Shown here one piece after another: positions 1-8,839 of a DNA stretch of 64,000 nucleotides (position 1 is the first letter of the stretch; the number at the start of each line of letters is the position of its first letter). The notes beneath the pieces are model-generated. The model searched no databases. It was given only the letters and a program-made list of their open reading frames with translations, and had not been told where the DNA came from. Position numbers and translations under genes: made by a program. The stretch lies in assembly GCA_964631205.1 (NCBI GenBank), contig CAZVWU010000005.1, positions 19,711 to 83,710 on the forward strand, read 5' to 3'. The DNA is from an uncultured archaeon. GTDB taxonomy: Archaea; Aenigmatarchaeota; Aenigmatarchaeia; QMZP01; JACQNV01.

Positions 1-1
1 T

Positions 2-256
2 CTGACTGACAGAAGGATAATAAAAAAGAGTGGGATACTAAAAAGCGAAGTGAATGCATGGGAATTAAGGCAGGTTATCAACCTGAAAATTTACCAGTCC
101 CTCATGGGAAGGCTCACTGGGTTTGGCACAGTTGATGTTGTGTTAACAGGCAACAATAATCTGTTTTTGGAGTCTGTGAGGCACCCGGAGAAATTGATGG
201 CGATTCTTGAAGAGCTGGTGGAGGAAAAGACAAGCGAAGTCAAGTTAACAAAATAG
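2..256 (+). CDS. PH (bPH_2-like) domain protein, 5' partial
   Basis: Frame is open from nt 2: LTDRRIIKKSGILKSEV...IYQSLMGRLTGFGTV, the typical bacterial/archaeal PH-domain pattern. Confidence 0.65.
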   Translation: MTDRRIIKKSGILKSEVNAWELRQVINLKIYQSLMGRLTGFGTVDVVLTGNNNLFLESVRHPEKLMAILEELVEEKTSEVKLTK

Positions 257-319
257 CCACTTATTTTCTGCAAGAACAATAATGGAGCTGTTGGAAGAAT
301 TGATCAAGAAAAGAGATAG

Positions 320-1543
320 CTACACCCATGTTTGTTCCCTTGCAGGCCCATAAGAAACAACAGTTATAGGGGCTCCAACAACTTCTTCCATCTCTCTTTT
401 GAAGCGGGAAAATTCCTCGTCAAGGTAGATCCTCCCTTCATTTTCTTTTACAACAGTTTGCCATAGGAAGTTTCTTGTGTATGAAGGGCCTGACTCGCCA
501 ATCCTAGCTTTTACAGGCATGCCATTAAACACATCTGCCTTTGTTATAGCCATTTTTGTGACACCGTTGATTTCTACAGCTCTTTTTGTAAGAACCCAAT
601 CAGGCCATCCAAGACGCCTAGGTCTGCCTGTTGTTGTTCCCCACTCAAATCCTCGACGCCTCAGCAGCCTACCTTTTTGGTAGTTATCTATTTCTGCAAG
701 AGACAATTCCCCCTGTGTCATTTCAGTATATGTCAGGTCTCCACTCAGGATTTCTTCCTTATCGTTTTTTAGGGTTTGATAATCGCCTAACTCTGTTGGA
801 AAAGGCCCTTCGCCAACACGTGACATGCAGATTTTTGCAACCCCCATCACTTCCTCTATTTCAGTTGGTGGTATACCGAGACCTGTACAGGCACCTCCTG
901 CTGTAGTATGCGAAGATGTGACAAAGGGATAATCGCCTAAATCTATGTCGAGGAATGTTCCTTGTGCACCTTCAGCTAATATATATTCCCCTCTTTTCAG
1001 GGCAGCCAGGATAAACTCCTCAGTATCCTTAACAAACTGTTTTAAGGAGAGTTCAGCCTCAGTCCTTACAGCATTCTTTTCGTTTAGATATTCCCCTATC
1101 CTTACACCTGTCCGCGCATATTTCTTTGAATAAGTCGGACCGATCCCTTGACCAGTAGTACCTAGACGCCGACCCTCCTCTCTATCTTGTTTTATACAGT
1201 CTGGCAAAATTACATGAGCTCTGCTGGAAATAAGTAAGTTGTCTGGGGTTATTTTTATCCCATTGTTTTCCAAGTCCACAATTTCCTCAAAAAGTTCATC
1301 GGTGTTGATTACTACCCCACAGCCTAAAACAAAAATAGTCCCTTCATGCAAAATTCCGGAAGGTATCTGATGCAATTTGTATGTTTCCCCGCCATGCATA
1401 ACTGTGTGACCTGCATTTGGTCCGCCATTATATCTTCCAACAACTGTATATTGATCGTGCCTAGGAGAGCTTAGTAAGTAATCTACTACTTTTCCTTTGC
1501 CCTCATCCCCAAAATGTAGACCTACAATCACATCTGCTGGCAT
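320..1543 (-). CDS. purA: Adenylosuccinate synthetase
   Basis: GDEGKGK P-loop, GGPNAGHT, EGAQG..LDID.G.YPFVTSS, GTTTGRPRR, TKAD motifs. Confidence 0.97.
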   Translation of the reverse strand: MPADVIVGLHFGDEGKGKVVDYLLSSPRHDQYTVVGRYNGGPNAGHTVMHGGETYKLHQIPSGILHEGTIFVLGCGVVINTDELFEEIVDLENNGIKITPDNLLISSRAHVILPDCIKQDREEGRRLGTTGQGIGPTYSKKYARTGVRIGEYLNEKNAVRTEAELSLKQFVKDTEEFILAALKRGEYILAEGAQGTFLDIDLGDYPFVTSSHTTAGGACTGLGIPPTEIEEVMGVAKICMSRVGEGPFPTELGDYQTLKNDKEEILSGDLTYTEMTQGELSLAEIDNYQKGRLLRRRGFEWGTTTGRPRRLGWPDWVLTKRAVEINGVTKMAITKADVFNGMPVKARIGESGPSYTRNFLWQTVVKENEGRIYLDEEFSRFKREMEEVVGAPITVVSYGPAREQTWV

Positions 1544-1596
1544 AGAGAACCTGAACGATTTACAAATATTATATTTTATAATTAGTTGAAAGCTTT

Positions 1597-2343
1597 TTAT
1601 ATCTGCTCTTTTTTATCTTCCCTTCTATATTCTGCATTCAACAATTCCCAAATCCTTTTAGCTTTTTCCTCGCCTATTCCTTCCACATTCATGAGCTTTT
1701 TCTGCTTTGCATTGAAGATTTTTTTGACAGAACCGAAATGTTCGAGTAGCCTTCTGCTTAAAACATTTGAGACTGCGGGCAGGCCGGCGACTATAAATTC
1801 CTGGTGATCTTCTGTTGTTTCTGTCCGGGTTTTTGCGCGGATTTGGATCCCCCTTTTTTCATGGTCCTGCTCCCTCTTTGCAATCCAATAAATCATTTCA
1901 GCTGTTTCTTTTGAATTTGCAGTCCATATAACCGGGATTTTATAATCAATTGCTATAGACGACATGACCCCTCTTACTGTGTTTGGGTGGATCTGCCTTT
2001 CAACAAACAGCATATCTGGATTTCCCTCCAATAGGAGCAAAGGCCTTTCAAAAGAATCTGATATTTCAGCCATCTGCCTGAAAATTCTTTGGTCTGTTAT
2101 AGACTGTAAAAAATCAGAGCAGGTCTTTTTTTCTATCCCTACCCTGTCAGAGCAGATAAAATCTGCAACCCTTAACTGCTTCAATACAACATCTGCGCCC
2201 AGCTCCCTGATGTAGGCAGGCACCATGTTGTTTTCCCGATGGTCTACAAAAACAGTTATCTTTCCGGAAGGGAAGGTTTTCTGCGCAAAAAGGTTTTTTA
2301 TCTCTTCTTCAGAGTTCTCAGCTTGCTGGTTTTGATTTTCCAT
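1597..2343 (-). CDS. ERCC4/XPF nuclease with C-terminal (HhH)2; stand-alone nuclease half of Hef
   Basis: VDHRE, ADF..S...GIEKKT.SDF..SI.D.R (ERK-like motif), LLLLEG, GLPAVS and VEGIGEEKA helix-hairpin-helix motifs. Confidence 0.9.
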   Translation of the reverse strand: MENQNQQAENSEEEIKNLFAQKTFPSGKITVFVDHRENNMVPAYIRELGADVVLKQLRVADFICSDRVGIEKKTCSDFLQSITDQRIFRQMAEISDSFERPLLLLEGNPDMLFVERQIHPNTVRGVMSSIAIDYKIPVIWTANSKETAEMIYWIAKREQDHEKRGIQIRAKTRTETTEDHQEFIVAGLPAVSNVLSRRLLEHFGSVKKIFNAKQKKLMNVEGIGEEKAKRIWELLNAEYRREDKKEQI

Positions 2344-2677
2344 AATCTAAATAATTTGTTAATTTCTTCTTTAAAATAGCAATAAGTTCAGGGTCTTCTC
2401 TCCAATAATTATCAGGAATATTTAGATCTATAATAGGCTTCTTTAAATTAGGAAATTTATCCTCTATAAAAGTTCTGTGACCTTCCAGTCTTTCACAAAA
2501 AACAAAAATAATGTCAGCCCACTCCACCAGCTCTTTTGAAATTGGGGTTGGGGAAAGCGGATGGATTCCGCAGGACCTTACTTCAAACCTTTTGTCTTTG
2601 CTAAACAAATCTTGCGCAGTTGGGCTTCTATGGGTATTTGCTGTGCAGACAAAAAGGATTTTTTGCTTTTTCTCCAT
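2318..2677 (-). CDS. Low-molecular-weight protein-tyrosine-phosphatase-like protein
   Basis: ILFVCTANTHRS (C-X5-R P-loop), WADIIFVF, LNIPD. Confidence 0.85.
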   Translation of the reverse strand: MEKKQKILFVCTANTHRSPTAQDLFSKDKRFEVRSCGIHPLSPTPISKELVEWADIIFVFCERLEGHRTFIEDKFPNLKKPIIDLNIPDNYWREDPELIAILKKKLTNYLDYGKSKPAS

Positions 2678-2689
2678 AAAATAAAAAAT

Positions 2690-3013
2690 TTAGGAAATTT
2701 TAGAACCAACCTTGACTTCCCTGTCCGGCGTCAATAAAGAGACAGTCCCGTCCTCTTCAGTAACAGCCAGCAGCATGCCTTGCGATTCGACTCCACGGAA
2801 TTTGGCTGGCTCAAGGTTTGCGATAATTATTATTAGTTTTCCTATTAATTCTTCTTCAGAATAATCTTTTTTAATTCCAGAAACAAGCTGGATTTTTTTG
2901 TCCCCTAAATCTACAATTAATTTATATAATTTGTCTGATTTTTCTATCGGTTCTGCAGACAATATTTTACCTGTTTTTAATTCGAGCCTTTTAAAATCCT
3001 CTAACGTGGCCAT
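2690..3013 (-). CDS. tRNA-binding OB-fold protein (MetRS C-terminal/Trbp111/CsaA-like)
   Basis: DFKRLELKTGKI, SDKLYKLIVDLG, ANLEPAKFRGVESQGMLLA. Confidence 0.9.
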   Translation of the reverse strand: MATLEDFKRLELKTGKILSAEPIEKSDKLYKLIVDLGDKKIQLVSGIKKDYSEEELIGKLIIIIANLEPAKFRGVESQGMLLAVTEEDGTVSLLTPDREVKVGSKIS

Positions 3014-3056
3014 AGCCCAAGTATATATTAGGGGTTGGAATTATATAATATACTAT

Positions 3057-4841
3057 ATGAGAAAATTAGCCTTTTTTGTAGTGGTTTTATCTGTATTTTT
3101 ATTTGCTGATTACGCGGCTGCACAGTCGCCTACACCTAATCCGGTTGCGCAGACCACGTTCATGCCGTCGCCCCCCGCTTTTGATAAACCCTTTATCTGG
3201 CTCGTCACAACACCTGCGCTTGTAGAGCCTGCTAGGGTCAGCTGGCAGGTTACTGGAGGCGGGAGTGGAAATTTTAACAAGATAGCGGATACAAAATGGT
3301 TCTGCTTTTTTTCAAGCGACCAGACATCTACATGCGGCCCCACCCCATTCACAAGCGCGGGGGGCGGGACATCGAGAAACTATTTGGTCACCATAAAATC
3401 CGGGCAGCTAAACAACAACGGCGAAGCTGGCGTTGTCCAAATTAGCCAGTTGCCAGCGCTTGCAGCAGCTGTTTATAAAGCAGATCTTAACCTTGGTTAC
3501 ATGGAAGGGAGCGGTTTTACTGATACCTCAGCTACAGTAAAATACAAAGTTTTATCTGCTATCGACCCATCAGTTGAAATTAGAGCTGGGCCGGCAAACT
3601 ACAGCGCGGGCCCTGGAAGATTTGAGGCCGATTTTAAAACCAATCCCCTTGCTGCCGGAAAATATTTTCTATTATTTGAATTGACGAAGAATGATGGCAA
3701 AAAGGGGGGCTCTGTTGGTTATTTTGAGGTTGCAGCTGCACCTACACAAACGCCAACACCAACAGCTAAAAGCTCGCCTATAGAAGCAGATCCTGTTTCT
3801 ATCAGCGCCAAAGCAAACCAGACTGAAAATTTAGAATTCCCGTCCAGAATTAGAAACCCGACAAATGATTCTGTAACCAATTTAACAGCTGCTTTGCCGA
3901 GTTCTCTAACCTCTTTTATGCAAGTCTTGATTGTTAATGACTCAATAGCGGCTGGCGATTTTGTCGACTATAAGATCAAGATCCCGGATGTGCAGTCATC
4001 CCTAACATTGTCAGGGAAATTCAATATAACCGGTATTTCCAATGGGACGACAGTGGTTGCTGAAGTCCCTTTCAATATAAAAGTGGATGTTATAATACCG
4101 CAGGTGGGAAATGTGGAATCTGAAAGGCCAATTCTGGATGCCTCACCTGCATTTTTCTCTGAAACATTGCTGGCAAACAAAAAATTCATTGACAGGATCA
4201 CAGTGAAAAACAAGGGCAAAGGGGGGCTTGGGTCATTTAGCATTGAATTCAAAGGGATAAGCAGGGATTTGATAAAAGCTGAACTGCCTTCTGAGGACAT
4301 ACCAGAAGGCGGCCAGGGATTCATAGAAATAGAAGTGACACCGCCGGCAGAACAGAAATATACCGGCTCTATACTCATTAAAAGCAACGGAGGCGAGAGA
4401 GAGATAGGCGTAAGTTTTGAAGCTTTTGAAGACATATCATCTGACATCGACTCGCTGGGCCTGAAAGTCAGTTCAATAATAGCAAACATAACAGGGAAAG
4501 GGTATACGGAAACAGAAGCAAAGGATATATTCATCGATGTGACAGCAGACCTTGCGACAGCCAAAGCAGAATGGGATTCAAAAAGATACAAGGAAGCTAA
4601 AGCAGCTTACAGGTTGGCTGAAGGCAAACTTCAGAGCATCGAAAACCTATTGGCCAGCAGGAAACCGAGTGAAGGTTTAGGCATATTATTGCCGGTAATA
4701 ATAATCGTTGCGGTGCTGGCTGTTGCTTTTGTGGCATTCAGGAAATTCAAAGGCAAGAAGCCTGAAGAAGGGTATGCAGAAGATGAGTATGAGGAGGAAG
4801 AAGAGTATACAGAACCTGAAGAAGGTGAAGAGCAACAATAA
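3057..4841 (+). CDS. Secreted, C-terminally anchored Ig-like surface protein with helical stalk and acidic tail
   Basis: Signal peptide from ATG 3057 (MRKLAFFVVVL..AAA), PT linkers, beta-rich domains, TM helix LGILLPVIIIVAVLAVAFVAF followed by a Glu-rich tail. Confidence 0.75.
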   Translation: MRKLAFFVVVLSVFLFADYAAAQSPTPNPVAQTTFMPSPPAFDKPFIWLVTTPALVEPARVSWQVTGGGSGNFNKIADTKWFCFFSSDQTSTCGPTPFTSAGGGTSRNYLVTIKSGQLNNNGEAGVVQISQLPALAAAVYKADLNLGYMEGSGFTDTSATVKYKVLSAIDPSVEIRAGPANYSAGPGRFEADFKTNPLAAGKYFLLFELTKNDGKKGGSVGYFEVAAAPTQTPTPTAKSSPIEADPVSISAKANQTENLEFPSRIRNPTNDSVTNLTAALPSSLTSFMQVLIVNDSIAAGDFVDYKIKIPDVQSSLTLSGKFNITGISNGTTVVAEVPFNIKVDVIIPQVGNVESERPILDASPAFFSETLLANKKFIDRITVKNKGKGGLGSFSIEFKGISRDLIKAELPSEDIPEGGQGFIEIEVTPPAEQKYTGSILIKSNGGEREIGVSFEAFEDISSDIDSLGLKVSSIIANITGKGYTETEAKDIFIDVTADLATAKAEWDSKRYKEAKAAYRLAEGKLQSIENLLASRKPSEGLGILLPVIIIVAVLAVAFVAFRKFKGKKPEEGYAEDEYEEEEEYTEPEEGEEQQ

Positions 4842-4844
4842 GTA

Positions 4845-6251
4845 TTATTCTGCTTCTTCCTTATTTCCTCTGCTCCTTAAATAAAAGAATATTGATATTA
4901 TGATAACTACAAAAACTAAAATGGCTACTATAGTATAAGCGTCTGCTGGTTTTCTAATAGCAGGCCTTTCTTCTTTGGTTGAGACCTCCTTAATGTCCTC
5001 TGTAAATATCTTGCCTTTTGCTTTTTCAAGCAGGCTAAGCAGGCTTTGATATTCCTCGACATCTATCCCTTTTTCCCTGTATTTGGCCACAAAATCCCTC
5101 ACCTGCAAATCAATCTCAACCCTTTCTTCCGAGTTCAGCTTATCCCTTATTTCAGACCAGTATGCATTTACATTGGCTTCTGTATCCCTGAAGGACAAGT
5201 AAGATTTCAGCCTTTTCTCTGAATCGCTGCTGATTATAAACTCCAGTTCAAAATTTTCAGGGCTTATAACCTGAGGCGCTATCTCGATAATCAGCTCCCT
5301 TTTTTCCCCGCTAGCTATTCTAAGTGTAGATTTTGCAAAAGCTGATGACAACCCTTTCGGCAAATTCAGGTCAACTGTGAATTCTTTTTCTTCCTCATAA
5401 TTTTCAATTGTTAAGGTGTAAGGTATTCGCTTTGTGTCATATGCAGAGTAGCTGTTTGGGGTTACATAGGCATACCAGCCCTGCAGCCCTATAGTATCCA
5501 CAAAAATAGTTGAAGTTATTTCTTTTTTGCAGAACGGCATTATTTTTGAATCGCAGAGTTTTCCGTTGACCACTGCTTCTGCAATAATTGTTGCTTCATG
5601 GGAGCCGCTTTTTGCCGGGCCGACTTGAAACTCCACTGTTTCCCATTTCCTAGGCTCAAGCCTTATATACTCTGTTTTTGGTTTTATATCAATCCTGCTT
5701 CTGGCTGTCAGCTGGATATCTATTTTGTTTTGCGAGTAAAGCCGGACTGGCAGGATCCCGGGCTCATCTTTCTTCAGCGGCATCTTGTCCCCATAAACAA
5801 AATAGGCGTCAAACATCTTCTCGTCCCTGATAGTAAAATCGCAGGGGTTTGTTTCAGGCCTTCCTATCGCTACACTGGTTCTGTTGGAAGAAATGCAGAA
5901 CCCGCCTTTAACAAACTCGTTTGCTGTTTTGTCTGAATTGATGGTGATTGTGTAGTCTGAGAAGTCGCCGTCTTTTCTGCCCTTAGAGAGGAAACATAGC
6001 GGGATGCTGACTATATTTTTTGGCGAGGCCAGGACATCTATGAATTTTATGTTTGTTTCAGCGTCTGTTGTCACATTTATTTTTATCCTATCCTCCTCGT
6101 AGACTCCAATATCGGGTGTCAGCTTCACATTTATGCATTTTTCTGAATCTGGCTGGATTGTGAAATAGAAGTTGTTTTTAAGTTCCCTTGCTTGCGTTAG
6201 GTTTACTGCCAATAACCCTAAAACCACCAGCAATATAATTTTTCTTGTCAT
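4845..6251 (-). CDS. Module protein C: signal peptide, Cys-containing Ig-like domains, C-terminal TM; paralogue of 11611..12969
   Basis: Shared motifs: KCINVKLTPDIGV/KCINAEIPDDVGV, VSIPLCF/VSIPICF, NPC, IENYEEEKEFTVDLNLPKGLSS/IRNYGEEKDYAVELSLPRGLKS. Confidence 0.75.
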   Translation of the reverse strand: MTRKIILLVVLGLLAVNLTQARELKNNFYFTIQPDSEKCINVKLTPDIGVYEEDRIKINVTTDAETNIKFIDVLASPKNIVSIPLCFLSKGRKDGDFSDYTITINSDKTANEFVKGGFCISSNRTSVAIGRPETNPCDFTIRDEKMFDAYFVYGDKMPLKKDEPGILPVRLYSQNKIDIQLTARSRIDIKPKTEYIRLEPRKWETVEFQVGPAKSGSHEATIIAEAVVNGKLCDSKIMPFCKKEITSTIFVDTIGLQGWYAYVTPNSYSAYDTKRIPYTLTIENYEEEKEFTVDLNLPKGLSSAFAKSTLRIASGEKRELIIEIAPQVISPENFELEFIISSDSEKRLKSYLSFRDTEANVNAYWSEIRDKLNSEERVEIDLQVRDFVAKYREKGIDVEEYQSLLSLLEKAKGKIFTEDIKEVSTKEERPAIRKPADAYTIVAILVFVVIIISIFFYLRSRGNKEEAE

Positions 6252-8773
6252 GGGCAGGCCTCCGTATAATTCAGGAACTTGAACTCGTCTTCTATTTTTC
6301 CTGCTAACTTTCCGCTATCGCAGTTTACAAAAACCTTTCTTTCAGCCCCTTCTTGGGGGGGATTAAGCAAGGAGTTTGCATTTGCTTCGAAAAATTGATG
6401 GGTGCCTGTGACGTTATAAACACGGAATCCCTTATCTGCCTGCCTTATCCAATAATAGTCTGTTGTGTTTACTTCAGAACACTTATCGCCAAATATGCTG
6501 TCTTTTTCATTTATCCATTTGCCTTTAGTGAAATCGCATGCAGGCCTCTGGTTGCCATTCAGGCTAAACCACAAACCATCTGAGCAGGTGTAAGCCTCAA
6601 GATTGTAGAACCCTTTCACATTTTCATCGCCGCACACAGTTGCAGTTTTACCGCTCACGCTGCCTTTTGCCCATATAAGGCTTGAGACAAACTCCTTGAT
6701 TGTCTTGGGCTCGCCTGAGGAACGCCCTATGGACTGCCTTGCCCTGTCTTCAGCCAGCTTCACTTTGCCGCACATCTCAACAACTCCATGGAGCTTGCCT
6801 GAAAACTTTTTGGATGCGCCTTCACCTATAACATCCACATCAGGTATAGCTTGGGCTCCTTTGAATGTTCCTGCATAACTGGGCGCTGCGGGGATGCTGG
6901 CGAGGCCAGCAAGGCTGCCTATGCCCCCAAATATTAACGTTGCAGTATCCAGGTTTCTTCCTGTCTGGATAAGTTCAACTGCCTCCTTCCATGGGACTCC
7001 GCCACCAAAAAATAAATCATAAACAGCCTTGTCTGCATGAGATACCTCTCCTAGAGGCAGGGCTACCTCTTGGTTAGGGCTAAGTGTTAATGGCCCGCTG
7101 ACATCTGTTGTTCCTATCAATGACACCCTAACCGCGCCTAAAACCACTCCGATAGCTGATAAGACTATCCCTGTAATTTGCATTGCGCTTACCGGAGTTC
7201 CGTAGCATAGCCTAAGGGCCAGGACAGCTATCTGCAGTATTAGGGATACAGCATTCAAAACTAATGATAAAAATGTTATTACAGAACCGCAAGCCCCGCT
7301 AAGAGTCCCATATGTCGCTATACTTGCAGCAACGCAGACAGCGCTTGTTACAGCGAGATAAATGCCTATAGCAAGCATTATCCAGTTGATTGTCAAAGTG
7401 ATATCGCTCATGGTTTTGATTCTTCTTTCAGCTCGTTTTACTGTATTCTGGACGCTTTCCAGTTCTGCCAGATCTTCCCCCAGTATATCAAGGTCTAGTG
7501 TGGTTTTGTTTGCTATTTCTATTGTTTCTGTCCCCTTCTGTGTCAGGACATTCATGTACATCCCTATCAGCAGCGACCTGGAAGGGGAGTTTTTGTCCAG
7601 CTTTGTCATTTTTGGTATTTCCAGGATACAATCGTATTCAGAAACATCATATACCTGCGGCTTCTGTATGTCGCCTAAATTCAAACCATATTGCGCAATG
7701 TTTTTTGGGGTGCATATTGGCTTATAAGTTTTGGCTGTGGAGTTTGGCTTTGTGTCTGCATTTATTTGGTGGTAGAAAGAGGTTGGGGATATCGAATAAT
7801 TCAGGGGCGCATTTTCTATGTGGAATTTTAAATTTAAGGGAAGGGGCTGGCAGCTTGCGTTTGGCGCGCCCTTGCCTATAAGAAGCTCAGGGACAACGCA
7901 ATTTAATTTCGGGGGCTCTATCTCATCGATTATTAAACTGATGCCTGTCTTTGGCTTGCACCCTGTCCTTGCCGGGAACTGGCCTTCAGGGCACCTGCAA
8001 TCCTGCCAGCATGTCTGGTAGTTTTCGCCTATGTCGCACCTTGCATCACCGCAGACCTGCGGGACATTATAGAAAGTTATTGGCGAATAGATTTTTTCAT
8101 CTGCCGGGAAAGCAAATATGTAGCCTGAATCTTTTTCCAATTCAGAAACCTCCCTTGGGTTTTCCAGGTTTATGTTTTGGGGGGAATTTTTTGCAGCCAC
8201 CCCAGCAGTTATCTGGTATATTTTCTTGCCTTTGAAATCAACCCTGTCTACAAAACTTGCAGGGATCATCCCATAGCTTTGTATGAATTTTTTCACGTCA
8301 GTTATGTTTACAGAGGAGTAGAGGTCGATTTCGCCGGGGTCTGTATTTTGGACTCCGCCATCCAATATATAACTCCAGTCAGCCAGCCAGCTCTGGTTTG
8401 TTTTTATTAAACTGATGATGCCAGCTTTTCCGTTATTTTCCAGCTCTGAAAGTTTTAAGATGGCGTCAGCCTTGTTTGCAAATTCTATCGGGCTTGATTT
8501 TATGCAGTCTATGGGGTTTTTGTCTTTGCATAAATACAATAAAGCAGCCTCTACAGAGGAACCAGAACTTCCTATGTCAATCCTTACATCGCCCGAATCC
8601 CCTACTCCAATCAGCTTTCTCTCCAAGTAATCATTGATGTCGAGCTTTATCTGTTCTGTGGCTTTCTGTGTTATGATATTTATGTTTACTGCGACAGCAG
8701 TGTTTGCATTTACAAGCAAAAATATTGATGCAAAGACAGCTATGCAGAGCAGGTTATAGTTGAGAGTTTTCAT
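6248..8773 (-). CDS. Module protein B: 841-aa secreted protein with Cys module, coiled coil and internal multi-helix hydrophobic segment; paralogue of 16090..21345
   Basis: Signal peptide; CGDARCDIGENYQTCWQDC; long hydrophobic stretch at about aa 457-553; overlaps the start of gene C. Confidence 0.75.
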   Translation of the reverse strand: MKTLNYNLLCIAVFASIFLLVNANTAVAVNINIITQKATEQIKLDINDYLERKLIGVGDSGDVRIDIGSSGSSVEAALLYLCKDKNPIDCIKSSPIEFANKADAILKLSELENNGKAGIISLIKTNQSWLADWSYILDGGVQNTDPGEIDLYSSVNITDVKKFIQSYGMIPASFVDRVDFKGKKIYQITAGVAAKNSPQNINLENPREVSELEKDSGYIFAFPADEKIYSPITFYNVPQVCGDARCDIGENYQTCWQDCRCPEGQFPARTGCKPKTGISLIIDEIEPPKLNCVVPELLIGKGAPNASCQPLPLNLKFHIENAPLNYSISPTSFYHQINADTKPNSTAKTYKPICTPKNIAQYGLNLGDIQKPQVYDVSEYDCILEIPKMTKLDKNSPSRSLLIGMYMNVLTQKGTETIEIANKTTLDLDILGEDLAELESVQNTVKRAERRIKTMSDITLTINWIMLAIGIYLAVTSAVCVAASIATYGTLSGACGSVITFLSLVLNAVSLILQIAVLALRLCYGTPVSAMQITGIVLSAIGVVLGAVRVSLIGTTDVSGPLTLSPNQEVALPLGEVSHADKAVYDLFFGGGVPWKEAVELIQTGRNLDTATLIFGGIGSLAGLASIPAAPSYAGTFKGAQAIPDVDVIGEGASKKFSGKLHGVVEMCGKVKLAEDRARQSIGRSSGEPKTIKEFVSSLIWAKGSVSGKTATVCGDENVKGFYNLEAYTCSDGLWFSLNGNQRPACDFTKGKWINEKDSIFGDKCSEVNTTDYYWIRQADKGFRVYNVTGTHQFFEANANSLLNPPQEGAERKVFVNCDSGKLAGKIEDEFKFLNYTEACP

Positions 8774-8793
8774 ATTTTCATCACTTCTATTTA

Positions 8794-8830
8794 TTTTGGG
8801 ATCTCAGCCCTTTTTCTAAAAGGGCTGATT
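8794..8830 (+). repeat. Hairpin element, family H3
   Basis: TTTTGGGATC TCAGCCCTTTT TCT AAAAGGGCTGA; TTTTCATATTTT occurs on both sides (8767, 8830). Confidence 0.75.
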
Positions 8831-8839
8831 TTTCATATT

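Noticed and set aside
320..1543. PurZ (Z-genome) candidate
   Set aside because: The catalytic Asp in GDEGKG and the TTGRPRR loop are PurA-type; PurZ has Ser at the Asp position
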